From a virus (taxonomy: Duplodnaviria > Heunggongvirae > Uroviricota > Caudoviricetes): a stretch of DNA of 42,285 nt. Below, piece by piece: positions 27,307-35,336 of the stretch. The translations under genes were made by a program, and so were the position numbers. Each line of letters opens with the position of its first letter. Positions within the stretch are counted from its first letter, which is position 1. The DNA lies in IMG/VR virus record IMGVR_UViG_2778261056_000004, positions 1 to 42,285 of that record. One strand, given 5' to 3'. A model generated the notes under the pieces. It was not told where the DNA came from. It ran no database searches and saw only the letters and a program-made list of their open reading frames with translations.

Positions 27307-28061
27307 CAGTAAATCCCTCTTTTTTCATCGCTTTGAAACCAGGATGTAAAAGGGCTGTTCCGATAACTATCATCTGAGAGCAAAACCAACAGTTCCATGT
27401 TCATTTCAGCTAAAACCTGCGGATCAGCAGTTTGGGCTCTAACGATGAATGCATTGTCATCATCTCCACCAAGATAATAGCTAACACTTGAACAGTTAAT
27501 ACCGCGCTTGTTCGCAATCTCTTCAGCTTGATCGCAAAGGGCTTCTAGTTCTCGAGAAGAAAGACGGGTAGCGTTTTTGAAATCAACAATCTGTTCAGCC
27601 ATATAATTTCCCTGATTGATTATATCCTCTCGCTCTTGGCCATCATAAAGAGCAGCCATTTTGAGGGAGAACTTTTTAACCAACTTGTCGTTGCCGATAC
27701 AAAATGCAGCGTTTCTTGCTACAAGCCTCAGTTCATGTGAAGGGAAAAGCTCAACTATTCTAAACAACTCAACGCGATGCTCATAGTTATGAGCCGAACG
27801 AGAAAGATACGCCAAGTAGTTTTGTGCGATCGTTGGACTCCCAGAGCTCATCGCGTCTTTGAATAAACGTACTGCATCAGAGTGACGCCCGAGAGTTCCA
27901 TTAAGCCATGCATACGCATGTGCGCGCTCACTTATTGGAAGTTTAGCAATGTCGCGCTCAATTTCCGCAATAGTGTCTGTATCCGGGACTTCTCCCTTCT
28001 GGAAGTAATCGAGGATTGTTGCAAGCAGTTCTTGTTCTTTTGACTCAGGCTGTCCTGACAT
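27306..28061 (-). CDS. hypothetical 251-aa protein, helical repeat-like N-terminal half, unknown C-terminal domain
   Basis: ATG at 28061. AT-rich codon usage. Translationally coupled to the HEPN-like gene. I see no nucleotidyltransferase or other catalytic motif. Confidence 0.5.
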   Translation of the reverse strand: MSGQPESKEQELLATILDYFQKGEVPDTDTIAEIERDIAKLPISERAHAYAWLNGTLGRHSDAVRLFKDAMSSGSPTIAQNYLAYLSRSAHNYEHRVELFRIVELFPSHELRLVARNAAFCIGNDKLVKKFSLKMAALYDGQEREDIINQGNYMAEQIVDFKNATRLSSRELEALCDQAEEIANKRGINCSSVSYYLGGDDDNAFIVRAQTADPQVLAEMNMELLVLLSDDSYRNSPFTSWFQSDEKRGIY

Positions 28062-28212
28062 AATTTTCCCGAAGAAAACCAAATTCTGTATGTTTTCAAT
28101 AGCTTCACTGGATAGATTTTTATATTGCTGTCATCAGTATTGAAGCTTTTACGGGATTGTACAGGACCATCAGCGTTCTACTTGTGCATAAGAATTTAAT
28201 AAACCTACAGAC

Positions 28213-28286
28213 TTATCCACAGAAAAAAGAGTTATCAACAAAAAAAGTTATTCACAACTTAACTAATAGCAAAATATTGTTGATAA
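28213..28286. promoter_or_regulatory. cluster of four DnaA-box 9-mers
   Basis: Plus strand: TTATCCACA (28213-28221, perfect consensus), TTATCAACA (28232-28240) and TTATTCACA (28248-28256). Minus strand: TTATCAACA (28278-28286). All lie in the AT-rich spacer upstream of the cassette. Confidence 0.5.
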
Positions 28287-28413
28287 GCTGTGCGTAATTA
28301 TCATATCCATCAAACTTACGCACATTAGAGCCTTGTGTTGCCTATCCATCGTTTTTTCCTATCAAAACGAAACGACATGCTTTTCTGCGATTAAAAAAGT
28401 ATTCCGCAAAATT

Positions 28414-28438
28414 AAAAAACCCGCTCACTGGCGGGTTT
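28414..28438 (-). terminator. tR'-like intrinsic terminator downstream of the late promoter
   Basis: The minus strand reads CCCGC-CAGUGA-GCGGG followed by U6, roughly 40 nt downstream of the candidate PR' start site. Confidence 0.7.
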
Positions 28439-28471
28439 ATATACTGTTGGCAACATATCAAATTAGCTTCA

Positions 28472-28500
28472 AATATCGCTTATTTTGTTGCATTTTGCAA
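28472..28500 (-). promoter_or_regulatory. candidate late promoter PR'
   Basis: TTGCAA-17 nt-GATATT on the minus strand, directly downstream of Q and upstream of the terminator. Confidence 0.4.
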
Positions 28501-28530
28501 GCCTGATTGAAGACGTTAGTGAAATTTACT

Positions 28531-29223
28531 TCACATTTCTACCACTTTCACTTCTTCATACTCTTCGTACCGCGCCAGGCTTTCACGTAACGCCAGGCTG
28601 TCCATTTCCACGAAAGCTGCTTTAAATGCTGCCCAGTGAGCAGCGTATACCCTGAGCCAGGTTGAACGCTCCACGCTCACCATGCGGGCCAGTGCCGCCC
28701 CCGCATATTCCTGGTACGTATCGTTATTGCGTGATGCTGCAACTTCCTGGGCCGCGAGCCAGACAAGCCCCACTAATTTTTTTGTGACTCTGTCCTGGAG
28801 CTTCTTACGGCCCTGCTGATGCTGAAACTGTGCCCAAACGTACTGGCACATCAACGTCTGGTACCGGAAAGACAGATCATATCCATAGCAATACCTGACC
28901 CACGCCTGCAGATGCTCTCCAAGGCCATTTACCGAGCGGCGCCACGCAGAACTCGCAAACTCGGCATCCTTCATAGGGGGTAATGGGCGTCGACGGCTTC
29001 TTGTCTCCAGAACATAAAGCGGAGTGGCCAGAGTTTTTACAACCTTCGATCCACAACCTTCCCCACCCTCCATGACGATTTCAGGATGGTGCCGAGGGTA
29101 TTTATTCTTATCTGCTGGTGGATGCTCACTGAACGCCTGCAGCTGTCCTTTTGTCGATCCTGATAAATCCGCCAGCGCGCGGCGCAGTTCAATCCGCGTA
29201 TATTCCAGTTCTTGTAAATTCAT
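28531..29223 (-). CDS. late antiterminator Q (Phage_antitermQ-type), about 230 aa
   Basis: Positioned directly before the PR'/tR' pair. The N-terminal ELRRALADLSGSTKGQL and the overall pattern recall the Q family found in enterobacterial prophages. The start is uncertain (ATG 29223 or TTG 29244). Confidence 0.65.
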   Translation of the reverse strand: MNLQELEYTRIELRRALADLSGSTKGQLQAFSEHPPADKNKYPRHHPEIVMEGGEGCGSKVVKTLATPLYVLETRSRRRPLPPMKDAEFASSAWRRSVNGLGEHLQAWVRYCYGYDLSFRYQTLMCQYVWAQFQHQQGRKKLQDRVTKKLVGLVWLAAQEVAASRNNDTYQEYAGAALARMVSVERSTWLRVYAAHWAAFKAAFVEMDSLALRESLARYEEYEEVKVVEM

Positions 29224-29244
29224 TATGCTCAGCGCTCCATACAA

Positions 29245-30306
29245 TTACGCTTTTGTTATTACGCCGATCGCCAGCGCTCGATTCATAAACCGGAATAGCA
29301 GCTCCAGCTGGGTACCGTGTTTTTTCTCGAACGCTGCAACATCAGCATGTAATTTGTCGTGACACTCTCTGCACAGAGGGATCACAAACAAATCGTGGGC
29401 TTTAGTGGCGGTACCGCCCATGCCGTGACCAATGACATGGTGTGGATCATCCGCTGGCCGCCGGCAACCTTCACAGGGCTGGGTTTTAACCCACCGGGTA
29501 TAGTCCTCATTCACCCACCTGCGGTGTTTTGGGCGCAACATGAAGGATTCAGGGGATTCAGGATCCGCATGCAGAGCCAAAACCTGTGGCTGGTCATAGG
29601 CCACTTCCTGATTTGTTCCATGCTTTAATTGCGCAGCCGTGACCGCAGGGGTGACCTTCTTCTGCAAAATGCTTTTTGCCGGGGGCATCGGCACAATGTC
29701 ACTTTCGCGATAAACGGATAAAAACGGCTCATCCGGTAAGCGAAGCGCATGCTGGGCCATCCTTTCCGTGATTGCATCAGCAATGCCTGAGTAAACGGCC
29801 CACCAGCACAATTCACCGAGGGATAGTTCACGCTCGTTGTTGTAGCCAAGCGAAGACAGGATGGAACTGATCAGCCAGCTAATGAGATTACGGCGGGCCA
29901 GTTCTGCCAGCGCCGCGGTGGTTTGCTCGCGCAGCTGGTTATCGCAATGCCAACAGAGCAACATTGATCCGGGGGGATGTCGCATTGTTACCAGCTCAGG
30001 ATGGTGATAATCAGTGTGCGGGTACTGGCATTCCTTCACGTTACGCTCTAACCAGGATTCCAACCCGGACAAACCGCCTGCTGCACGAATAACTCTCTCG
30101 TCGGTGAAGAATTCCTCGAGGGACTTATCTTCTGCCAGCGGCTGCCTGGCATCAGGGACGAGCCCTGACGGAAGCCCAGCCATGCTTTTTGGCTGAGGCT
30201 CCACCAGCACACGCCCCTGTTGAAACAGAGACATCAGTTCGCTACCCGGCTTTAACACCACAAGCCCCAGGCGCGGAACAGTCTCAGCTGTAAACAGTCC
30301 TCTCAC
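29245..30306 (-). CDS. DUF968-family protein (E. coli YdfU-like) with C-terminal HNH-like zinc motif
   Basis: The C-terminus carries CEGC...HHVIGHG...CRECH..LH. Typical Nin-region location. The GTG start overlaps the upstream stop (GTGA). Confidence 0.6.
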   Translation of the reverse strand: MRGLFTAETVPRLGLVVLKPGSELMSLFQQGRVLVEPQPKSMAGLPSGLVPDARQPLAEDKSLEEFFTDERVIRAAGGLSGLESWLERNVKECQYPHTDYHHPELVTMRHPPGSMLLCWHCDNQLREQTTAALAELARRNLISWLISSILSSLGYNNERELSLGELCWWAVYSGIADAITERMAQHALRLPDEPFLSVYRESDIVPMPPAKSILQKKVTPAVTAAQLKHGTNQEVAYDQPQVLALHADPESPESFMLRPKHRRWVNEDYTRWVKTQPCEGCRRPADDPHHVIGHGMGGTATKAHDLFVIPLCRECHDKLHADVAAFEKKHGTQLELLFRFMNRALAIGVITKA

Positions 30307-30995
30307 GCGGCATGCCCCTTAGCGATGTGTGCCGTCCAAAGGCCGCCGATCCACTCGATGCCTTTGGGTGTAAAACGTGCCTGGCTAAAGGCGTAGTTTG
30401 TTTCGCTCGTGGTGCCAGTTTTCACTTCAAACCGCCCGGCAGCTATGTGCTGGTGCCGCGGTGTCAGCACTCCACTGAGCCGGTATAAAATGCCGCTCTC
30501 AATGAGGAACAAGCGGAAATCCGTCTCTTTGGCCTGCAACAGCTTTGCCACCTGGCGAAAAGACATTGAGCCTTTAGCAGTACAATACCGATCGACAAAC
30601 TCAACTTTCGGCGCGGCAGCGGCTAACTGCTGGGCCAGTTGTTCTTTCTGCTCGGCCAGATCCGCGGCTAGACGTAATGCCTCCGGCAATGTTTGCGGGA
30701 CACTTACGGCCTGACTGTTCTCCAGCTCTTGCCAGCGATCGACAACAGCGGCGGTAAATTCTGGCGACAGCCTGGCGACGATCACCAGAGAATCACGTTT
30801 GTTGAACCAATACTCCTCGTAGGTTTGCCCGTTTTGAGGGTGTGTGTAGGGGGTGTGCGCCAACGGCGCGGTTAAAATACCAGCAGATGCAAGGCGCTCA
30901 GCTGAGCGCTTCACATCACCATGTTTGCTCTGCACCAGCCTGGCAATTTCACGGCTGGACATTGTCACAACACCCTTTGCGGTTAACTGATTCAT
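30303..30995 (-). CDS. antirepressor, Rha N-terminal domain plus KilAC/ANT C-terminal domain
   Basis: MSSREIARLVQSKHGDVKRSAERL fits the Rha pattern. The C-terminal part (FRQVAKLL...PRHQHIAAGRFEVK...FTPKGIEWI) fits the ANT/KilAC pattern. Confidence 0.7.
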   Translation of the reverse strand: MNQLTAKGVVTMSSREIARLVQSKHGDVKRSAERLASAGILTAPLAHTPYTHPQNGQTYEEYWFNKRDSLVIVARLSPEFTAAVVDRWQELENSQAVSVPQTLPEALRLAADLAEQKEQLAQQLAAAAPKVEFVDRYCTAKGSMSFRQVAKLLQAKETDFRLFLIESGILYRLSGVLTPRHQHIAAGRFEVKTGTTSETNYAFSQARFTPKGIEWIGGLWTAHIAKGHAA

Positions 30996-31098
30996 GCTAT
31001 TTCTCCATATCAGGCGGCTGCACCCGCCTTTTGATTTGCACATAATTCAGAAAGATTTGCCTCTACCAGCGCCACCAGCATAGTTATCAACGATAATT

Positions 31099-32433
31099 TC
31101 ACGCATTGACGGCCCCCAGCATGCTGTTGAAGAGACCACCAGCGGTCGTGATAATTTCACTCGTCGGCATACGTTCGAGCCACAGCTGGTTGATATTGGC
31201 TTTCAGCTTGTTCTGTTGTGAAACAGGTAGAGCGTCAGCCCCTTCAATCTGGTTAAACACCAGGCCAACCTCAAGAGGCCAAACGCGCGATTCGTTTAAC
31301 GCCTTGTCCTTTGATTCCTGCGTCTCACGGACATGGGCGCGGATCCCCCGAATATTTGACCATTTGGCTTTATCCAGGCTTTCCATGGTCGCGATGAATT
31401 CACTGTGGTTAATGCCGTATTCTTTCGCAGACTCAACGGCAACCGTGCGTAACCGCTCTGACATGTCTTGTTTCACGTCATCGCTATCAAAGGGCAATGT
31501 TTCCAGCCATGCATTAACACCCACCAGGATGCTCTCGCTGATCAGCTTTTTCGCTCTGTCGATCGTCAGCGGTGAAACATTGGTAAATTCAGGGTTCTCC
31601 AAAGAGTCGGCAGCCCAGGTATGACCAAACTTTGACTCGCTGAAGGTGTACTCATCTTTCTCGCCGAACGCCGCGACAACACAGGCCCAAGCCTCTACAC
31701 CACTGGTATCCAGAATGGCTTTTTGGGTTAATGGCAGTTCTGCCTCTGATTTCTCCGGCACTACCTCAGCGTCCAGCTCCGGCGCCGCATCAGTTTGCTT
31801 TCTTCCCACTGCAAACTGGGCCAGCGACATCGAAGCACGGCCTTTGGCCTCCAGGTCGGTGCGGTTGATGTAACTGAAACGTTCACCCCGCCATGTTTTG
31901 TCGAAGACCACGATAGCGCCAGCAAAAAATGCGCTGGTGGGTTGCTGCTTTTCGTCTTTCGGCACGAACCATGTAGGAAGATCGAAACCAATTCGGCCAC
32001 GGATGAATGTGACGTGATCTGCTTCTTCCGGCCACCACGTCTCACTCGTCGCAGACTTAATGAGAAAAACGTACCGACCACCCTTTTCTCGCATTGCCAT
32101 AGCGTGGTTAATGATGTGGGTCATTCCGGTAACGGCCTGCTTGTCGTGGTACTGAGAGCGGCTGTAAGGCGGGTTGCCAAACCCGGCACCACCGAGCTCT
32201 GCCAGACGCTCTGACCAATCCTGCGTCAGGGCATTATCTTCAGCCGTGTACCATGCTGGGCACTTCGCGTTACTGTCGTCGGCAAAAAGGTCCAACACCA
32301 GAGGGCCGAACATCGCATTGATACCCCAAAACAACAGATCCGGAGTACGCCATTGATCGCCGACCTCTTTCAACTCGTGGGCTGGTCTTGAACGCAGTTC
32401 AGCCAACGCCCGGCAGTATTTATTTTCATTCAT
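31099..32433 (-). CDS. phage Dam-type N6-adenine DNA methyltransferase fused to a ~230-aa C-terminal region of unknown function
   Basis: The N-terminal part has WRTPDLLF, LDLFA and GNPPYS. Residues from about 215 to 444 carry no motif I recognise. ATGA overlap with the O-like gene. Confidence 0.7.
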   Translation of the reverse strand: MNENKYCRALAELRSRPAHELKEVGDQWRTPDLLFWGINAMFGPLVLDLFADDSNAKCPAWYTAEDNALTQDWSERLAELGGAGFGNPPYSRSQYHDKQAVTGMTHIINHAMAMREKGGRYVFLIKSATSETWWPEEADHVTFIRGRIGFDLPTWFVPKDEKQQPTSAFFAGAIVVFDKTWRGERFSYINRTDLEAKGRASMSLAQFAVGRKQTDAAPELDAEVVPEKSEAELPLTQKAILDTSGVEAWACVVAAFGEKDEYTFSESKFGHTWAADSLENPEFTNVSPLTIDRAKKLISESILVGVNAWLETLPFDSDDVKQDMSERLRTVAVESAKEYGINHSEFIATMESLDKAKWSNIRGIRAHVRETQESKDKALNESRVWPLEVGLVFNQIEGADALPVSQQNKLKANINQLWLERMPTSEIITTAGGLFNSMLGAVNA

Positions 32434-33284
32434 CCTCTGAACCCCTCTGGAATCTTGGTATCAACCGGACCGAACTTCATCGGATCGTGTTTCTTTTCAC
32501 CCCAGCTTTCACGCGGTGGACGCCCCTTCTTGTCCCAACGGATCCCGCTTTGCAGATAACCCTCAAACTTTTTCGGGCCAAATAGCGTTTCAGGGCGCAT
32601 GTACTGGTACTGCACGTCATTGCCGTTCCAGTGCTCATGCTTAAGGTCAATCACCAGCTGTAACTCGCCAACGGTGTAACCTTCACGCAAACGAGCACGG
32701 ATGTTTTCCAGAGAAGTTTTTGATTTTTGGTATCGTGAGCCGCTAACCAGGTTCAGATGATTCAGAACCAGGATGGCGTTATCGGTGATCGTCACTTCAA
32801 GGTCTGGTTGCTGCGCAACCGGACAAGAAGGTTTTTTAACTGATGGATCAGTAGTTGTATTTACTGACGGATCCCCCCCAGATTCTGACGGGTGAAAACT
32901 GCCTTTCTCATCGTTTTTTGATGCCTCAGATTTTGACGCGTCGGTTTTTGAGGCATCAGATTTTGATGCGTCAGAATCTGACAGGTGAGAAAAGGCAGCA
33001 GCCTGCAATTTCGCAACATTGAGCTGGTAAACGTTCGATGCATTTCGGTTGCCTTTACGGCGCTGCTGGCGGGTTAACCAACCATCTTTTTCCAGCTGAG
33101 ATATGGCTGTGCGAACCGTGCTCTCACCAGCACCAATCTGGCGCGCGATGGTAGCGATGGAAGGCCAGCTAACCCCTTCATCACTGCTGAAGTCTGCCAG
33201 ACGCGCCATGATGGCAACGCTGGATAGCTTCATGCCAGAAGCGGCACAAGCATCCCAAACGTAACCCGTTAATTTAGTGCTCAT
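32430..33284 (-). CDS. replication initiator (O-like): N-terminal winged HTH, Ser/Asp repeat linker, C-terminal phage replication domain
   Basis: WPSIATIARQIGAGESTVRTAISQLEKDGWL forms a wHTH. The C-terminal part (VLNHLN...RYQ...NIRARL.EGYT..EL..VI..K...W) resembles the conserved phage replication-protein C-terminal domain. Confidence 0.65.
   Translation of the reverse strand: MSTKLTGYVWDACAASGMKLSSVAIMARLADFSSDEGVSWPSIATIARQIGAGESTVRTAISQLEKDGWLTRQQRRKGNRNASNVYQLNVAKLQAAAFSHLSDSDASKSDASKTDASKSEASKNDEKGSFHPSESGGDPSVNTTTDPSVKKPSCPVAQQPDLEVTITDNAILVLNHLNLVSGSRYQKSKTSLENIRARLREGYTVGELQLVIDLKHEHWNGNDVQYQYMRPETLFGPKKFEGYLQSGIRWDKKGRPPRESWGEKKHDPMKFGPVDTKIPEGFRG
32911..32985. repeat. five tandem 15-bp units inside the O-like gene (candidate ori iterons)
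   Basis: The units are tcgttttttgatgcc, tcagattttgacgcg, tcggtttttgaggca, tcagattttgatgcg and tcagaatctgacagg. The array is flanked by an inverted repeat, ctgcctttctca (32899-32910) and tgagaaaaggcag (32986-32998). Confidence 0.6.
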
Positions 33285-33453
33285 GGTCGTCCTTTAACTC
33301 TGTAAACTTGCGCTTGAATTGTTCGAGCGGGCTGAAACATTCGTGGTCATATCCATCCCGCAGGTAGATAACTCGTTGAGTCTCTGGTTCCCACCTGATA
33401 ACCCGAACGGGGATCCCTCTGTGGTCTTTGAACCTTCGGTTAACTTCGCGCAT
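33274..33453 (-). CDS. DUF4222-like small protein, 59 aa (below the ORF-track cutoff)
   Basis: My own translation gives MREVNRRFKDHRGIPVRVIRWEPETQRVIYLRDGYDHECFSPLEQFKRKFTELKDDHEH. This fits the DUF4222 pattern (F+D.RG..V.V......V.Y.RDGY...C.P...F). It overlaps the O-like start by 11 nt. Confidence 0.55.
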   Translation of the reverse strand: MREVNRRFKDHRGIPVRVIRWEPETQRVIYLRDGYDHECFSPLEQFKRKFTELKDDHEH

Positions 33454-33625
33454 AAGCGTTTCGCCTTCCTGTAGTAAACCCCCACAATTGCGACCGCCCG
33501 ACTGTGGTTACATGGCACCCAGCGGTTTGCTATTCTGCGTTCATACCGAAACAACGGAGCGCCCGGTACCGGGATCATCCTGAGTTGCGGTAAACGGTTA
33601 AAAGCCGTTAAACTGGTCATGCGGA

Positions 33626-34174
33626 TTACTTCTCCATACAAGATTTGTCTGCCACGACGCCCGGAGCTGCACACTCGCGGGCGTCACCTTTTTCCGGCGC
33701 ACAAAACACACGGAAAAGCAGCGTCAAATGTTCCTGCCACTTAGCCATCACCTGATAGCTGTTCTCTTCGATCTGGGCGCGTTCCTGAGCATCAATAACG
33801 CCGTCAGCGGTAGCTTTACGAACGTATTGCGAATGCCTGCCGATCCACTCAACTGACTCCATGAGACGCTGGTTGATATCGCCGTTCTCAATATCTTCAA
33901 CATCAGCCAATGGCACAAACACACCGTTCGAGTGACGTGCAATAGCATTCGCTATGTGGTTTGAACCACCAGCACGCTGAAGCACCATCGCCCAACCGAG
34001 CGGGAAGATCTGATCACCATCGGTACGCAGCCGGTTAAACAGCGCGTTCTCGGTCACACCCAACCACTCAGCAGCTTCGGAATACCCGCCAGGAAGCTCG
34101 GTGATCGTTTTTTTGATTGCGGCCACCAGCCAGGCTGGCTGCTTATCTACTTTCCATTCAGGTTCTATACCCAC
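33626..34174 (-). CDS. YmfL-like / CII-position regulatory protein, 182 aa
   Basis: A GTG at 34174 follows GGGAGG with a 7-nt spacer. EPEWKVDKQPAWLV, FPLGWAMVLQRAGG and ECAAPGVV recall e14 YmfL. It lies directly downstream of cro. Confidence 0.5.
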   Translation of the reverse strand: MGIEPEWKVDKQPAWLVAAIKKTITELPGGYSEAAEWLGVTENALFNRLRTDGDQIFPLGWAMVLQRAGGSNHIANAIARHSNGVFVPLADVEDIENGDINQRLMESVEWIGRHSQYVRKATADGVIDAQERAQIEENSYQVMAKWQEHLTLLFRVFCAPEKGDARECAAPGVVADKSCMEK

Positions 34175-34196
34175 GGCTAGGTCCTCCCTTCTGTGG

Positions 34197-34412
34197 TTAT
34201 TTCTGATCGTTAGGCGCTGTATTCTTGCCATAACGTTCTGGGTTGAATTCCAGTTCACCAGCAGTTCGATACGCAGCTTCAGCAGCTCGTCCTTTAGGGA
34301 TTAAGCGTCCGGGGCGATTACGCCACTGGTAAACGGCCTCACTGGTGATGCCAAAAAATTCGGCAACTTTCTCAGTGCTGCCGAAATGTTGTTCAATCTC
34401 GTCGGTTGTCAT
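34197..34412 (-). CDS. cro: Cro-like HTH repressor (YdaS/Cro family), 71 aa
   Basis: FGSTEKVAEFFGITSEAVYQW forms an HTH. It is divergent from cI, with an AAGGAGG RBS, and is transcribed from the PR candidate. Confidence 0.75.
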   Translation of the reverse strand: MTTDEIEQHFGSTEKVAEFFGITSEAVYQWRNRPGRLIPKGRAAEAAYRTAGELEFNPERYGKNTAPNDQK

Positions 34413-34422
34413 GAAGCCTCCT

Positions 34423-34500
34423 TAGCTAAGTTTGGTTAGATATTAATAACCAATCTAACTTTGGTCAATAAAAACTAAGATTACTTAGTCTTTTTTAAAT
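34423..34500. promoter_or_regulatory. OR operator/promoter region (PR and PRM)
   Basis: PR on the minus strand is TTGACC (34467-34462)-17 nt-TAATAT (34444-34439). Three operator-like sites carry CTAAG/CTTAG half sites: AGCTAAGTTTGGTTAGAT, ACCAATCTAACTTTGGT and ACTAAGATTACTTAGT. cI has almost no leader or SD. Confidence 0.65.
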
Positions 34501-34511
34501 TTGGTGCTTTC

Positions 34512-35138
34512 ATGGAAACAGTTGGTCAGCGCATTAAAGCCCTACGCAGGGTTACAAAAACCTCTCAAAAAGAACTGGGTAAGTTCTGCGGAGTGAGTGA
34601 CGTAGCGGTGGGTTATTGGGAAAAGGATGTGAATATCCCAAACGGAGAATCGCTGGTTAAGCTGGCTAAATTCTTCAATACATCAATAGATTACATTCTT
34701 TACGGCACTGAATTTGAAGGGACCCTCATAACTAAAATGAGGCGTGTGCCCGTGATTTCTTGGGTTCAAGCTGGGCAGTTTACGGAATGTAAGGCCGCTG
34801 ATTTATTCAGTGATGTCGATAAATGGGTTGAAACCTCACTACGTATTGGGGATAGCTCGTTCGCTTTAGAGGTCAAAGGGGATTCAATGACCAATCCAAA
34901 TGGCCTCCCAACAATTCCTGAAGGGGCAACCGTTATTGTCGATCCAGATGCCGAACCCCTTCATGGCAAGATTGTTGTTGCGCGTATTGATGGCACTAAC
35001 GAAGCGACTGTTAAAAAACTGGTCATTGATGGCCCACAAAAATTTTTAGTCCCACTAAATCCTCGCTACCCCAACATCCCGATCAATGGTAACTGCCTCA
35101 TTATTGGAGTAGTTAAAGGCGTTCAATACGAACTCTAA
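34512..35138 (+). CDS. cI: CI-type prophage repressor, HTH_XRE plus S24 autopeptidase domain
   Basis: The N-terminal HTH is QKELGKFCGVSDVAVGYWE. The C-terminal part has GDSM (Ser) and ATVKKL (Lys), as in LexA and lambda CI. Confidence 0.85.
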   Translation: METVGQRIKALRRVTKTSQKELGKFCGVSDVAVGYWEKDVNIPNGESLVKLAKFFNTSIDYILYGTEFEGTLITKMRRVPVISWVQAGQFTECKAADLFSDVDKWVETSLRIGDSSFALEVKGDSMTNPNGLPTIPEGATVIVDPDAEPLHGKIVVARIDGTNEATVKKLVIDGPQKFLVPLNPRYPNIPINGNCLIIGVVKGVQYEL

Positions 35139-35167
35139 TCCCTTTCCGCTCTTCCTCTAAGCATCAA

Positions 35168-35220
35168 GCTAAGTTTAGTTTGATGTTTCGCTTGACCAAC
35201 AAACTAAGTTAAGTTAGATT
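35168..35220 (+). promoter_or_regulatory. OL operators and PL promoter
   Basis: TTGACC (35192-35197)-17 nt-TAGATT (35215-35220). Operator-like AGCTAAGTTTAGTTTGAT lies upstream and AAACTAAGTTAAGTTAGAT lies between the -35 and -10. Both share the motif seen at OR. Confidence 0.6.
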
Positions 35221-35294
35221 TTTTCTGTCGACACCAAACCACCGCGCCTGATGTGGTTAAAAGCAGGCCAAAGCAATAAGAAGTGATCCCTGTT

Positions 35295-35336
35295 CTGGCT
35301 GCTCACTTTCCCCTGAGGGTGACAGCCAGCTTTTTA
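35295..35336 (+). terminator. intrinsic terminator 1 in the PL leader
   Basis: CTGGCTG(c)TCAC...GTGACAGCCAG followed by CTTTTT. Confidence 0.6.

Noticed and set aside
35146-35155. boxA-like CGCTCTTC just after cI
   Set aside because: It lies upstream of the PL -35 element. It would not be part of the PL transcript and so cannot serve as nutL.
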